Source: an uncultured Gammaproteobacteria bacterium
GTDB lineage: Bacteria; Patescibacteriota; Patescibacteriia; UBA9934
Assembly (NCBI GenBank): GCA_964401485.1
Contig: CAYNYL010000001.1
Coordinates: 67,834-131,833, forward strand
Length of the DNA: 64,000 nucleotides
Direction: 5' to 3'
The position numbers and the translations under genes were made by a program. Under the pieces are notes generated by a model that worked only from the letters and a program-made list of their open reading frames with translations, did not search any database and was not told the DNA's origin. Shown piece by piece: positions 47,424-57,434 of the stretch (the stretch's first letter is position 1; the number at the start of each line of letters is the position of its first letter).

Positions 47424-47520
47424 GCGACTTCCCCGGGTCGCGGATGAGAAAATGAACGTAGGGGAAAAAGGAAGATAACAAAAAAGACGCCGGCCGTCAA
47501 CGGGCAAGCGTCTCTTTTAT

Positions 47521-47826
47521 TTAGGCAAATCGCTCGAGGCGGGCGCGCAAATCTTCCTTTGGCATGACCCCTGCGAATTGGTCGACGACCTGTCCACCCT
47601 TGAAGATCATGAAGGTTGGAATTGACCTTACATTGTACTGCATCGCAAGTTGCGGCTGCTCGTCAGCGTTTACTTTTCCGATTTTGACATGCTCCATTTC
47701 GGAAGCGAGCTCGTCAACAAGCGGGCTCATAACGCGACATGGTCCACACCAAGGGGCCCAAAAATCCACCAAAACCGTCCCACCGCTCGAAATCGTTTGA
47801 TCGAAGTTTTCTTGTGTTAGTTCCAT
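47521..47826 (-). CDS. trxA: Thioredoxin
   Basis: WAPWCGPC active site. Confidence 0.96.
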   Translation of the reverse strand: MELTQENFDQTISSGGTVLVDFWAPWCGPCRVMSPLVDELASEMEHVKIGKVNADEQPQLAMQYNVRSIPTFMIFKGGQVVDQFAGVMPKEDLRARLERFA

Positions 47827-47846
47827 AGAAGCCTACTTTATCATGA

Positions 47847-49862
47847 CTAGATTTTGAAGGTAAAGATACGAGCTTTTTCTTCTTCCTTGTAGACGTCGAT
47901 AATATCGCCCACTTCAATTTTCGTCTTTCCTCCAAATTCGATTCCACACTCCGCTCCCTGTTCAACGTCGCGAACGTCCGCCTTACCCGACTGCAAGCGC
48001 AAAATCTTTCCTTCCCCGATAACCTGCTCTCCCCTGATAACACGCGCTGTCGCACCGTTCTCGATCTTTCCTTTCGTAACCTGCCCTCCAACAACAAATC
48101 CCTTTTCCGTCTTCATAAACGTCGCGAGAACACGCATCTGTCCAAGTTCCGTGTACACCCGTTCCGCAGGAATAAGCGCCTTGAGTTTTTCAACAACGGC
48201 GTCAAACAAATGATAGATAACCGAGAACTCTTTCACTTCAACTTTATTATCTCGCGCAAGTTGCCCAGCGTGAGCCGTCACCTTTACGTTGAACGCAAGA
48301 ACGAATGCGTTTGTCGCCTCGGCCTGTAAAATTTCCGCTTCTCCGATATTTCCGAGCCCTCGTCCAACGATTTTTACGCCGACGTGTGGATCTTGGATTT
48401 TTTCAAACATTCCGATCAAGGCTTCGAGCGAACCGAGTACGTCCGCCTTTACAATGATATTTAAGAACACTTTCTTCTCGTCATCATCATTTGATTTTGC
48501 CTTTGACGACGCAACCGTAATTTCCGAAGCTCCCGTCTTTCGACTTGCTTGTTCCTTCATTTTCTCGAGCGACTTTGGATCTTCCGGTACTTCAATAATA
48601 TCTCCAACGGAAGGCGCATCCTTAAGTCCGATAATCTGTACCGGCATTGACGGTCCCGCTTCCTTTACGCTCTTGCCGTCCCATGACCGCATCGCGCGCG
48701 CTTTTCCGTAGTGCATTCCGCGAACGCCAAGCACATCTCCAACATGCATCGTTCCAGCCTGGATAAGCATCGTTGCGACAGGACCCTGGTTCTTATCGAT
48801 ATTTGATTCGATAACGGTTCCGATCGCTCGACGATCTGGGTTTGCAACAATGTTCTCTTTTTCAAGATCACGAACAAGAAGGAGCATGTCGAGAAGCTGT
48901 GGGATGTTTTGTCCCGTCTTTGCGGAAACCGGTACGAGAATTGTCTTTCCTCCCCAATCTTCCGGAATCAAATTTTGCTCGGCGAGTTGTCCCTTAATCC
49001 GCTCAACGTCCGCGTCCGGTTTATCAACTTTGTTAATCGCAACGACAAACGGCATTCCCGACGCCTTAATAATGTCGATCGCTTCTTTCGTTTGCGGTTG
49101 AATTCCATCGTCAGCGGCGATAACAAGAATCGCGATGTCCGCAACCTTCGCTCCACGAGAGCGCATAACCGTAAACGCTTCGTGACCTGGGGTATCAATA
49201 AACGTCAATTTCTTTCCCTGGTGCTCTACTTGGTACGCACCAATATGTTGCGTAATTCCTCCCGCCTCGCCTCCCATAACGTTCGTATTGCGAATCGTAT
49301 CGAGAAGCTTCGTCTTTCCGTGGTCGACGTGACCCATGATTACGATTACCGGAGGGCGAGGAGCCATTGATGCCTTATCTTCTCCAGCGATCGCTGCCTC
49401 AAGAACATCGAGTCCGGCATCCGAAGTATCTTCGGTTCCCTCTTCTTTTTTCGTTGCGATATACCCCAAATCTTCCGCAACAATCGACGCGGTCTCGAAA
49501 TCGATTCGCTCGTTTAAGGACGCGAGAATTCCCGCGCGCATAAGTTCCTGCATCACCTTCGCGACCGGCAAATCGAGCTGTGCCGCGAATTCGCGTACCG
49601 TAATAACCGGTGGAATTGCAATCGTTTCCGCCGTTCCTTCCTTTACCGCGTTCTTTCGATCCTGACGTGCCTTTTGGTCAAGCATTTTCTTTTGAAGATA
49701 CTGACGCTTCTTGTATTCGGCCCATGCGCGTTGGATTCGTCCAACCTCACGATCCGAGACTTTTAAGGCTTTTTTTCCAATGTCAAACCCAAGCTCAGGG
49801 AGCTTTTCGCGCAATTCATCGGCAGAAACGCGCAATTGACGGGCTAATTCGGTAATATTCAT
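47847..49862 (-). CDS. infB: Translation initiation factor IF-2, short N-terminus
   Basis: [21 protein letters not shown] and DTPGHEAF. Confidence 0.96.
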   Translation of the reverse strand: MNITELARQLRVSADELREKLPELGFDIGKKALKVSDREVGRIQRAWAEYKKRQYLQKKMLDQKARQDRKNAVKEGTAETIAIPPVITVREFAAQLDLPVAKVMQELMRAGILASLNERIDFETASIVAEDLGYIATKKEEGTEDTSDAGLDVLEAAIAGEDKASMAPRPPVIVIMGHVDHGKTKLLDTIRNTNVMGGEAGGITQHIGAYQVEHQGKKLTFIDTPGHEAFTVMRSRGAKVADIAILVIAADDGIQPQTKEAIDIIKASGMPFVVAINKVDKPDADVERIKGQLAEQNLIPEDWGGKTILVPVSAKTGQNIPQLLDMLLLVRDLEKENIVANPDRRAIGTVIESNIDKNQGPVATMLIQAGTMHVGDVLGVRGMHYGKARAMRSWDGKSVKEAGPSMPVQIIGLKDAPSVGDIIEVPEDPKSLEKMKEQASRKTGASEITVASSKAKSNDDDEKKVFLNIIVKADVLGSLEALIGMFEKIQDPHVGVKIVGRGLGNIGEAEILQAEATNAFVLAFNVKVTAHAGQLARDNKVEVKEFSVIYHLFDAVVEKLKALIPAERVYTELGQMRVLATFMKTEKGFVVGGQVTKGKIENGATARVIRGEQVIGEGKILRLQSGKADVRDVEQGAECGIEFGGKTKIEVGDIIDVYKEEEKARIFTFKI

Positions 49863-49926
49863 GTCGGAACAATAGCGGAAAAACGCAATTCGGTCAATTT
49901 CAGAGGGTCATGGTACGATACGGGAT

Positions 49927-50613
49927 ATGCCCGCGGGTTTTCTTCTTATCGACAAGGACGTGGATTGGACCTCGTTTGACGTCGTCGCAAAACTCCGTGG
50001 AATTACAAAAATCCGCAAAATTGGCCATGCCGGAACGCTTGATCCGTTCGCTACTGGCCTCCTTATCGTCGCGGTTGGTCGCGAGGCGACCCGCGAAATC
50101 GATACGTTCGCAAAACAGGAGAAAAGTTATCTTGCAGAAATCACCCTCGGTGCGACAACCAACACTCTCGACCCGGAAGGCGAACTCCTTCTTGATCCGG
50201 GGGCACGTGAGATCCCAAAAGAAGAGATTGAACGAGCGCTCGAGGAACTTGTCGGAGAATCGATGCAAATCCCCCCAATCTTCTCCGCGATCAAAAAGAA
50301 TGGGAAAAAGCTTTACGAGCTCGCCCGAGCCGGCGTTGACGTAACCCCCGAACCTCGACGCATCATCATCTATTCAGCCGTCCTTGAAACCGACCCCCTT
50401 TATAAAGACGGGCTCACAACCTGCAAAGTTCAATTTACCGTTTCAAGCGGAACCTATATTCGTGCAATCGCCCGCGATCTTGGAGCTTCACTTGGAACAC
50501 TCGGTTATCTCACTGCGTTACGACGACTAAGTATCGGTTCTCGCTCCGTCGAAGATGCCCACAAGCTTTCCGAATTAACCGAGGAAAATTGGCAAACATT
50601 CCTCGAAAATTGA
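49927..50613 (+). CDS. truB: tRNA pseudouridine(55) synthase
   Basis: GHAGTLDPFATG and SGTYIRAIARDLG. Confidence 0.96.
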   Translation: MPAGFLLIDKDVDWTSFDVVAKLRGITKIRKIGHAGTLDPFATGLLIVAVGREATREIDTFAKQEKSYLAEITLGATTNTLDPEGELLLDPGAREIPKEEIERALEELVGESMQIPPIFSAIKKNGKKLYELARAGVDVTPEPRRIIIYSAVLETDPLYKDGLTTCKVQFTVSSGTYIRAIARDLGASLGTLGYLTALRRLSIGSRSVEDAHKLSELTEENWQTFLEN

Positions 50614-50677
50614 TTGACGCAAAAAATCTACCGTGCTAATTTAGCCCCGTAACTCATAAGCAGTGGTTTACGGCGTT

Positions 50678-52204
50678 ATGGTCATTCCAATTATCATCGG
50701 TGTCGTCTCCCTCGCTCTCGGAGGCACACTTGGCTACTTTGGTAGAGCAAAACTGATCCAGGGAAAGATGTCGAACGCGGAAGAACGCGTTGAAAAAATG
50801 CTCGCGGAAGCAAAGACAAAAGAACAAGCGGTGCTTCTAGAGGCAAAGGACAAAGCCTTACAAATTATCGAAACAGCAAAAACGGAAGAAGCAAATCGAC
50901 GAAAAGAAATTTCAGATGCGCAAAAGCGCGTTGAGGAACGTGAAAATCGATTCGATCAAAAGCTCGCGGATCTCGAACGCAAAAATGAAGCGATCGAAGT
51001 AAAACGAAAGGGTCTCGAAGACGAGATGCTTAAACTCCAACTTCTTGAAGAAGAGGCGAAGGGAGCACTTGAAAAAGTTGCAGGACTTTCAAAAGATGAA
51101 GCAAAGAACATGCTTCTGAAAAAAATCGAAGAGGAAGAGCAAGACGCGCTCATGTCCCGCCTCCATAAAATGGAGGAGCAGGGCGAGGAGGAAATTGAAC
51201 GAAGGGCGCAAAAGGTTCTCGCGCTCGCGGTTGAACGCTTCGCGGGAAGTCACGTCGTTGACGCAACAACCACCGCGGTTGAGCTCGCAAGCGAGGACAT
51301 GAAGGGACGCATCATCGGAAAAGAGGGACGCAATATTAAAGCGATGGAGCGTCTCACCGGTTGCGAATTCATTATCGACGACACCCCAGGCGTTGTTATC
51401 ATCTCTGGATTCTCCCCTGTTCGTCGGCAAGTTGCCAAACGCGCGCTCGAGATGCTAATGAAGGACGGACGAATTCAGCCGGCGCGTATCGAAGAAGCGA
51501 TTAACGAAGCGAAGGTCGATCTTGCGAAAGAGATGAAGAAGGCAGGAGAGGACGCGCTTTACGAACTCGGAATCCCGGTTTCGTCGATCGATCCGAAACT
51601 GATCGCGATTCTTGGTCGCCTCAAGTATCGAACAAGTTACGGACAAAACGTTCTCCAACACTCGATTGAGGTTGCGCGAATCTCGGGTATGATCGCCGAG
51701 GAGCTCGGAATGGATACATTCAACGTGAAAAAAGGTGGACTCTTCCACGACATCGGAAAAGCGGTCGACCACGATATGCAGGGGGCCCACCCACAAATCG
51801 GGTACAACATCATGAAAAAGTTCGGGTGGCCAGAAGACCTTTGCTACCAATCGATTGCGCACCATGAAGATAAACCGCGCACAATCGAAGGGGTAATCGT
51901 AAAGGCCGCCGACGCAATTTCCGGAGCTCGTCCGGGAGCGCGCCGAAATAGCGTCGAGGATTACCTCCAACGGCTCCAAGCACTCGAAGATACCGCGATG
52001 GAATTCTCGGGTGTCGAAAAGGCTTACGCGATTCAGGCAGGACGAGAAGTGCGCGTGTTCGTTAAACCACAAGAGGTTGACGACTACGCCGCGTACCAAC
52101 TCGCAAACTCGATTGCAAAGAAAATTGAAAATGACTTAACCTATCCGGGCGAAGTACGCGTAACGGTTATCCGTGAAACACGCGTCGTCGAACATGCCCG
52201 CTAA
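50678..52204 (+). CDS. rny: Ribonuclease Y
   Basis: N-terminal TM, coiled coil, KH domain (KGRIIGKEGRNI) and HD domain (HDIGK, ADAISGARPGAR). Confidence 0.96.
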   Translation: MVIPIIIGVVSLALGGTLGYFGRAKLIQGKMSNAEERVEKMLAEAKTKEQAVLLEAKDKALQIIETAKTEEANRRKEISDAQKRVEERENRFDQKLADLERKNEAIEVKRKGLEDEMLKLQLLEEEAKGALEKVAGLSKDEAKNMLLKKIEEEEQDALMSRLHKMEEQGEEEIERRAQKVLALAVERFAGSHVVDATTTAVELASEDMKGRIIGKEGRNIKAMERLTGCEFIIDDTPGVVIISGFSPVRRQVAKRALEMLMKDGRIQPARIEEAINEAKVDLAKEMKKAGEDALYELGIPVSSIDPKLIAILGRLKYRTSYGQNVLQHSIEVARISGMIAEELGMDTFNVKKGGLFHDIGKAVDHDMQGAHPQIGYNIMKKFGWPEDLCYQSIAHHEDKPRTIEGVIVKAADAISGARPGARRNSVEDYLQRLQALEDTAMEFSGVEKAYAIQAGREVRVFVKPQEVDDYAAYQLANSIAKKIENDLTYPGEVRVTVIRETRVVEHAR

Positions 52205-52209
52205 CCTCT

Positions 52210-52494
52210 ATGAACCGATCAGCCATCGCCCTCAAACTCTCCGAAAGACTTGGAATGAACAAACAAGTTGCGGAAGAAGCGATTAAAACAATCGAAACAA
52301 TTATTACCGACGAACTCGTCGCTGGTGGCGAAGCGACCCTCGCGGGGTTTGGAACATTTTCCTCCCGCGTCCGCGCCGCTCGAAAGGGTGTAAACCCGCG
52401 CAATCCGAAAGAGTCGATCGATGTTCCAGAGGTCCGCGTCCCAAAGTTCAAGTCAGGGAAGAATTTGAAGGACGCTCTAAAGAAGAAGGCCTAA
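52210..52494 (+). CDS. hup: HU family DNA-binding protein
   Basis: GFGTF...RAARKGVNP...VPKFKSGK.LK. Confidence 0.92.
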   Translation: MNRSAIALKLSERLGMNKQVAEEAIKTIETIITDELVAGGEATLAGFGTFSSRVRAARKGVNPRNPKESIDVPEVRVPKFKSGKNLKDALKKKA

Positions 52495-52802
52495 GTCCTT
52501 ATACGACCATAGTGGCCCGCAAATAGAAACACGGCGCGTTTCGTATAGACCTTGTACGGATAGCGCCGATTTCTTTTTTCATTTCCGCGATGACCTTCGA
52601 CAACATAAATTCGATGCATTTCTGCAGACTCGAGCTTAAAATGCGTCACGTGCTCGACAAAAAATGTGCGTCTCGCGTATTGATTAAGCACACGTGTTTT
52701 TACACCAAAACACTTCGCTAAATCTTCATCGAGCACAACGAGCTGACCCCGAATTCGATACCAGTGTAGATGTTCTCCGTAAAATAAAAAGCCTCCCTGC
52801 AT
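52491..52802 (-). CDS. Degenerate ORF6N domain protein
   Basis: IRGQLVVLDEDLAKCFGVKTRVLNQYARR...RRYPYKVYT. Confidence 0.7.
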   Translation of the reverse strand: MQGGFLFYGEHLHWYRIRGQLVVLDEDLAKCFGVKTRVLNQYARRTFFVEHVTHFKLESAEMHRIYVVEGHRGNEKRNRRYPYKVYTKRAVFLFAGHYGRIRT

Positions 52803-52889
52803 AGTTTATGTATGGGGAGCTTGAACATAGATTCTCACGAGCTCGGCCATGCGTGAAGATGGGGTTGTGTACTCTTTTTTGTGAGGCAG

Positions 52890-52963
52890 GGTATCCGATC
52901 ACAGATTGGTTTAATAATGTACTGATCTACCTTGCTGATTTATGGGTCATCTGTGATCGCATG
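52890..52963 (-). repeat. Dispersed ~65-bp element with CGATCACAGAT/ATCTGTGATCG inverted ends (copy B)
   Basis: Perfect 11-bp inverted ends spanning 52896-52959; similar to 4526-4598. Confidence 0.75.
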
Positions 52964-53036
52964 CCACCGAACATGCAACGAGGTACGCGCCTAAAAATAA
53001 AACGACGTGCCCCGCGAAGGACACGTCGCCTAACCG

Positions 53037-54467
53037 CTAATACGACTTTGCAAAGATCACGCGTCTCTTTGACGGCGCGCCTGTTTTAATACAGACACCT
53101 GCCGTTTCTGGTTCACTGAACGGGATGCATCGGATCGTCGCGCCCGTCTCTTCCTTGATCACCTTTTCCGTTTCAGGAGATCCGTCCCAGTGAGCAAGCA
53201 CAAACTTCCCTTCTTCGATCGCCCTCGTAAACGCGGTCCAATTCTTTGCCGAAACGGTTCGGGTTTTTCGAAGCGTAAGGGCGCGCTTGAACAGATTTTT
53301 TTGGATCGCCTTGAGAAGTTTTCGGGTGGCGGAAACGGCGTCTTTTAATGGGACGGTCATTTTCTCGCTTGTATCCCGACGCGCAATAATGCACTGCCCC
53401 GCTTCAAGATCACGAGGTCCAACTTCGATTCGAACCGGTACTCCCCGCTTTTCCCAGTAGAACATTTTCTCCCCCGGACGCATGTCGCGCGCTTCAACCT
53501 CAACGCGCACTCCTTTCTTTTCAAGCCCTGCGCGAAGGGCCGCTACGGCAGACATGACACTCTCTTTCTGTTCCTCCTTAAACCAAAGCGGGAGTAGCAC
53601 AACCTCGATCGGCGCAATATTTGGAGGAAGGACGAGACCCGCGTCGTCACTATGGGTCATGATAAGACCTCCGATCATGCGTGTTGAAACTCCCCAACTT
53701 GTTTGCCAAGCAAACTGTTCCTTATTTTGTTCATCGGTAAATTTGACCCCAAACGCTTTCGCAAAATTCTGTCCGAGCATGTGCGACGTTCCAAACTGCA
53801 AAGCCTTTCCATCTTGCATCATCGCCTCAACGCAGTACGTTTTCTCCGCCCCGGCAAATCGCTCACTGTCGCTTTTCACACCAGGGATAACCGGTACGGC
53901 AAGGACATCTTCTGCAAACGCGCGGTACACCTCAAGCATCTCCCGTGCACGAAGATCGGCCTCGGCTTCGGTCGAATGGACCGTGTGACCCTCCTGCCAA
54001 AGAAATTCCGTCGTTCGCAAAAAGAGGCGCGTGCGTTTTTCCCAACGCACAACGTTCGCCCATTGGTTAATCAAAAGCGGAAGATCGCGATACGACTGCA
54101 CCCAACGACTAAACGTATCGTACATGATTGTCTCCGAAGTTGGTCGAACAACAAGCGGCTCATCAAGTGGAACACCTCCCGCCTCGGTAATCGCCGCAAC
54201 TTCCGGCGCAAATCCCTCAACGTGATTCTCTTCCTTCGTCAAAAAAGACTTCGGAATAAAAAGTGGGAAATAGGCATTCTTCACGCCCGTCTTTTTAATC
54301 TCCGCGTTAAGCACCTCCTGCATCCGCTCCCAAATCGCATATCCGTACGGCTTAATAATCATGCACCCTTTGACCGGTGAATGCTCCGCCATATCTGCCC
54401 CAGCAATCACGTCTAGGTACCACTCGTTATAATCCTCGGCGCGGGTTTTGATTTTTTTCTCGTCCAT
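53037..54467 (-). CDS. proS: Proline-tRNA ligase, archaeal/eukaryote-like type
   Basis: RPTSET, FLRTTEFLWQEGHT, SWGVSTR and C-terminal FAKSY. Confidence 0.96.
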   Translation of the reverse strand: MDEKKIKTRAEDYNEWYLDVIAGADMAEHSPVKGCMIIKPYGYAIWERMQEVLNAEIKKTGVKNAYFPLFIPKSFLTKEENHVEGFAPEVAAITEAGGVPLDEPLVVRPTSETIMYDTFSRWVQSYRDLPLLINQWANVVRWEKRTRLFLRTTEFLWQEGHTVHSTEAEADLRAREMLEVYRAFAEDVLAVPVIPGVKSDSERFAGAEKTYCVEAMMQDGKALQFGTSHMLGQNFAKAFGVKFTDEQNKEQFAWQTSWGVSTRMIGGLIMTHSDDAGLVLPPNIAPIEVVLLPLWFKEEQKESVMSAVAALRAGLEKKGVRVEVEARDMRPGEKMFYWEKRGVPVRIEVGPRDLEAGQCIIARRDTSEKMTVPLKDAVSATRKLLKAIQKNLFKRALTLRKTRTVSAKNWTAFTRAIEEGKFVLAHWDGSPETEKVIKEETGATIRCIPFSEPETAGVCIKTGAPSKRRVIFAKSY

Positions 54468-54479
54468 AATGGTCAAATA

Positions 54480-55625
54480 TTAGCGTTTGTAGCCAAAAGT
54501 CGCAAACCAGGTCGCAATCGGAACCGTTAAAAGAAGCCCCATCGTTCCCGCAAGCGTTCGCACAATCTCCTCAACAATCGGTTCCTCATTGATAAATCGC
54601 GAGAAGGTAATTGCGTCCGTCATAAGAAAAAGGAGGAGGAGCGGGGTCGCAACTCCAGCATAGGCAAGCACAAGTGTGTTAATCGTCGATGCGATATGGT
54701 GTTGTCCAAGACGCATCCCGCGATTAAAGAGCTCCTTCCGTGTCAATTTCGGATTCGCCTCCGCGAGCTCCTCGATCGCCTCCGTTTGGGCAACAGCAAT
54801 ATCGTCAAGAACTCCAACCGCTCCAATTAAAATTCCGGCGAGGAGAACGCCCTTTGGAATAATGACCTCCGAGGAGAAGTAGAGCATAACCGCCTCTTCG
54901 TTTGCGAGCCCGGTTAAATCTGTTATTCCCGTAAAGAGCTTCGCAAAAAGAAGAACGAGGAACGTGCCGATGACTGTTGAAGCGAAAGCACGAAGGGTTC
55001 GAAGGTTAAAGCCATGCGAAAGATGCATGTTTACAAGTAGGATCGCAACCGCGCTCAAGACAGCAATCACAACAGGATCATTTCCTCGAAGAATCATCGG
55101 GTACATGAACCCAAAAAGTACGATTCCGGTAACAACGAGTCCGCCTACCGCCTTAAGCCCTCGTACACCACCCGTTGCGAGAATCGTAATGAAAAATAGC
55201 GCAAGAATAAACAGGAGCGCCTTCGTTCGTACAACGTCAATTAGGTATACCGCATCAAGCGTTCCACTTGAGGTTACGGTTTGGATAAGCACACGGTCTC
55301 CGACACGAAGGTTGTAGCGCACACCTTCGATCAACGCGAGTGAGGTATCAATTGTGTAAAAGGCCCCGTTTTCTTCAACGACAAATTCGAGCTGACGCTC
55401 GCCATTCACCTCAAATTCGCGCACGATCTCAACGACGCGCGCGCGAAATTCTCGGGTCTCGGCCGGCGTGTACGCTTCAATCCCCTCCCCAATTGTCCCA
55501 AGTCGGTCTTCAATCTCCGCAATCCGCTCGTCAAACTGCGCAAAATCCGATGAGACTTCCCCAACCTGCGCGAACGCAAAAAGAGGCGCGAACAAAAGCA
55601 CTGCCCCGGCAAGCACGGCTCGCAT
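54480..55625 (-). CDS. YibE/F family membrane protein
   Basis: GAVGVLDD, INTLVLAYAG and EEIVRTL...LTVPI. Confidence 0.88.
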   Translation of the reverse strand: MRAVLAGAVLLFAPLFAFAQVGEVSSDFAQFDERIAEIEDRLGTIGEGIEAYTPAETREFRARVVEIVREFEVNGERQLEFVVEENGAFYTIDTSLALIEGVRYNLRVGDRVLIQTVTSSGTLDAVYLIDVVRTKALLFILALFFITILATGGVRGLKAVGGLVVTGIVLFGFMYPMILRGNDPVVIAVLSAVAILLVNMHLSHGFNLRTLRAFASTVIGTFLVLLFAKLFTGITDLTGLANEEAVMLYFSSEVIIPKGVLLAGILIGAVGVLDDIAVAQTEAIEELAEANPKLTRKELFNRGMRLGQHHIASTINTLVLAYAGVATPLLLLFLMTDAITFSRFINEEPIVEEIVRTLAGTMGLLLTVPIATWFATFGYKR

Positions 55626-55626
55626 A

Positions 55627-55824
55627 CTAGTTTACCGCCTTCATTCCGTAATGAATCAAAATCAAGAGAAGGCCAAACGCCATGATCCCAAGCGCCAAGT
55701 TAAGCAGGCTTCTTGTGTCATTATCATCACGCATGAACGAGAAGAAAATCACGTGCGCAAACCCCTCAATGATAAGAAGTGGAATTGCAACAAGAATAAT
55801 TCCCAGGATAAAAATATACGTCAT
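55627..55824 (-). CDS. Small membrane protein
   Basis: Two hydrophobic segments; TATACT 9 nt before the ATG. Confidence 0.6.
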   Translation of the reverse strand: MTYIFILGIILVAIPLLIIEGFAHVIFFSFMRDDNDTRSLLNLALGIMAFGLLLILIHYGMKAVN

Positions 55825-55847
55825 ATTACCCCCAGTATAGTGAGACA

Positions 55848-55876
55848 TTGACGTTTCGACAAGATTTAGGTACTAT
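55848..55876 (+). promoter_or_regulatory. Promoter of the tRNA pair
   Basis: TTGACG-17 nt-TACTAT. Confidence 0.7.
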
Positions 55877-55888
55877 TTACGGCGAAAT

Positions 55889-55965
55889 GCGGCGTTAGCT
55901 CAGGGGATTAGAGCATCTGTCTTCGGAACAGAGGGTCGGGGGTTCAAATCCCTCACGCCGCACCA
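55889..55965 (+). tRNA. tRNA-Arg(TCG)
   Basis: TCTGT-CTTCGGA-ACAGA anticodon arm, GCGGCGT/ACGCCGC acceptor stem, encoded CCA. Confidence 0.92.
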
Positions 55966-55971
55966 GGGAAT

Positions 55972-56046
55972 GCGCCTATAGCTCAGCGGTAGAGCAGGTG
56001 ACTCTTAATCACTTGGTCGGGGGTTCAAATCCCTCTGGGCGCACCA
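55972..56046 (+). tRNA. tRNA-Lys(CTT)
   Basis: GGTGA-CTCTTAA-TCACT anticodon arm and encoded CCA. Confidence 0.95.
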
Positions 56047-56078
56047 AAAAAATCACGACTCAAGGTCGCGATTTTTTA
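56047..56078. terminator. Bidirectional terminator
   Basis: AAAAAATCACGAC-TCAAG-GTCGCGATTTTTT between convergent genes. Confidence 0.75.
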
Positions 56079-56079
56079 T

Positions 56080-56736
56080 TTATTCGAGAAGTTTACCCAC
56101 AAGCGCCTCGGTCGACTCGGTCTCCTCAAGAATGACGTCCGCAATTGTGAGATCGAGATTTGCATTATGCCGTCGGCGAATCGCAAATGTCTTTACGCGT
56201 GACGCAACGCCGGCCAAAATACCAGGAAGCGAATCCTCAAGGATAAAACACTCTTCGGGAGACACGTGCATTTTCTCCATCGCAAGGAGGTACGGTTCGG
56301 GATCCGGCTTCAACCTTAAAACGTCGTCCCCACTCAAACAGATCTCAAAATACGACCGAATTCCCGCCGTCTCAAGAAGTGCATCCATTCCCGATTTCGC
56401 CGCAGAAGTCACGAGCGCCAACCGCACCCCGCGTGTCTTAAGCGCCTCAAGGAGCGCGAGCGCCCCCGGCGCAAGCAAGACCTCCTTTGAGCGCGCAACA
56501 ACCGCGCGCTCATAGTACGCGATGTACTCCGCAACCGAAACCGTGATTCCCGTTCGGGCGATTATGTCCTGCACAACCAACACCTTGCCCTTTCCTATTT
56601 CGCGCACAAATCCCTCCGGCAACCCCTTCCCACCAAAATGTACAATCGTTTCATCGTGCGCCCGGTCACGCATCGTCTCCGAATCAACAAGCGTTCCATC
56701 CAAATCAAAAAGTCCAACCGTTTTTGTCATCGACAT
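56080..56736 (-). CDS. HAD family phosphatase
   Basis: FDLDGTLVDS, KPDPEPY and EDS..G motifs. Confidence 0.92.
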   Translation of the reverse strand: MSMTKTVGLFDLDGTLVDSETMRDRAHDETIVHFGGKGLPEGFVREIGKGKVLVVQDIIARTGITVSVAEYIAYYERAVVARSKEVLLAPGALALLEALKTRGVRLALVTSAAKSGMDALLETAGIRSYFEICLSGDDVLRLKPDPEPYLLAMEKMHVSPEECFILEDSLPGILAGVASRVKTFAIRRRHNANLDLTIADVILEETESTEALVGKLLE

Positions 56737-56747
56737 AGCTTCTTCGA

Positions 56748-57434
56748 CTACCAACCCGTCTTTTTAAGAGCCTGTCGCGCAGCGTCAACTTGCGCTTCTT
56801 GCTTACTCGTTCCCGTTCCTTCCGCAATCATCTCTTTTCCAAGATAGACTCCAATCCTAAATTGCTTTTGGTGGTCAGGCCCGGTCTCCTCGAGAACTTT
56901 ATAATTTGGCGTAACCGAGCTTCGACTTTGTGCCGCCTCTTGGAATTTACTCTTTGGGTCGATATGAAGTTGCTCTTCCATGATCGCAGGGAGCGTCGCG
57001 ACAACATGGCGCTCAACAAACACCTTCGCTACGTCCCAACCTGAATCAAGATAGACCGCGCCAATTGTCGCCTCCATCGCATTCGCCAAAATCTTATTAC
57101 GCGCCTTCGAATTCGTATCCTTACTCTCTCCGTGCGAAAGAAGAAGTTGAGACTCGAGATTGATTCCGCGAGCGATATCGGCAAGATTTTGTCCATTTAC
57201 AAGCGCCGCGCGAAGGTTCGTAAGTTCCCCTTCCGGGTTATCAAAGGTCTTATATAAATACTCTGTCACAACGAGCTCAAGAACAGCGTCCCCCAAAAAC
57301 TCCAAACGTTCATTGTGATCAAGTGCAAAATCAGGATTTTCGTTCAGGTAGGAACGGTGGACAACGGCCTGCGTTAGATTTCCTCCCTCAACGAATGGAA
57401 TCCCGATTGATTCCGCAAATTCTTTCAAGTTCAT
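56748..57434 (-). CDS. rnc: Ribonuclease III
   Basis: [12 protein letters not shown] plus C-terminal dsRBD. Confidence 0.97.
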   Translation of the reverse strand: MNLKEFAESIGIPFVEGGNLTQAVVHRSYLNENPDFALDHNERLEFLGDAVLELVVTEYLYKTFDNPEGELTNLRAALVNGQNLADIARGINLESQLLLSHGESKDTNSKARNKILANAMEATIGAVYLDSGWDVAKVFVERHVVATLPAIMEEQLHIDPKSKFQEAAQSRSSVTPNYKVLEETGPDHQKQFRIGVYLGKEMIAEGTGTSKQEAQVDAARQALKKTGW

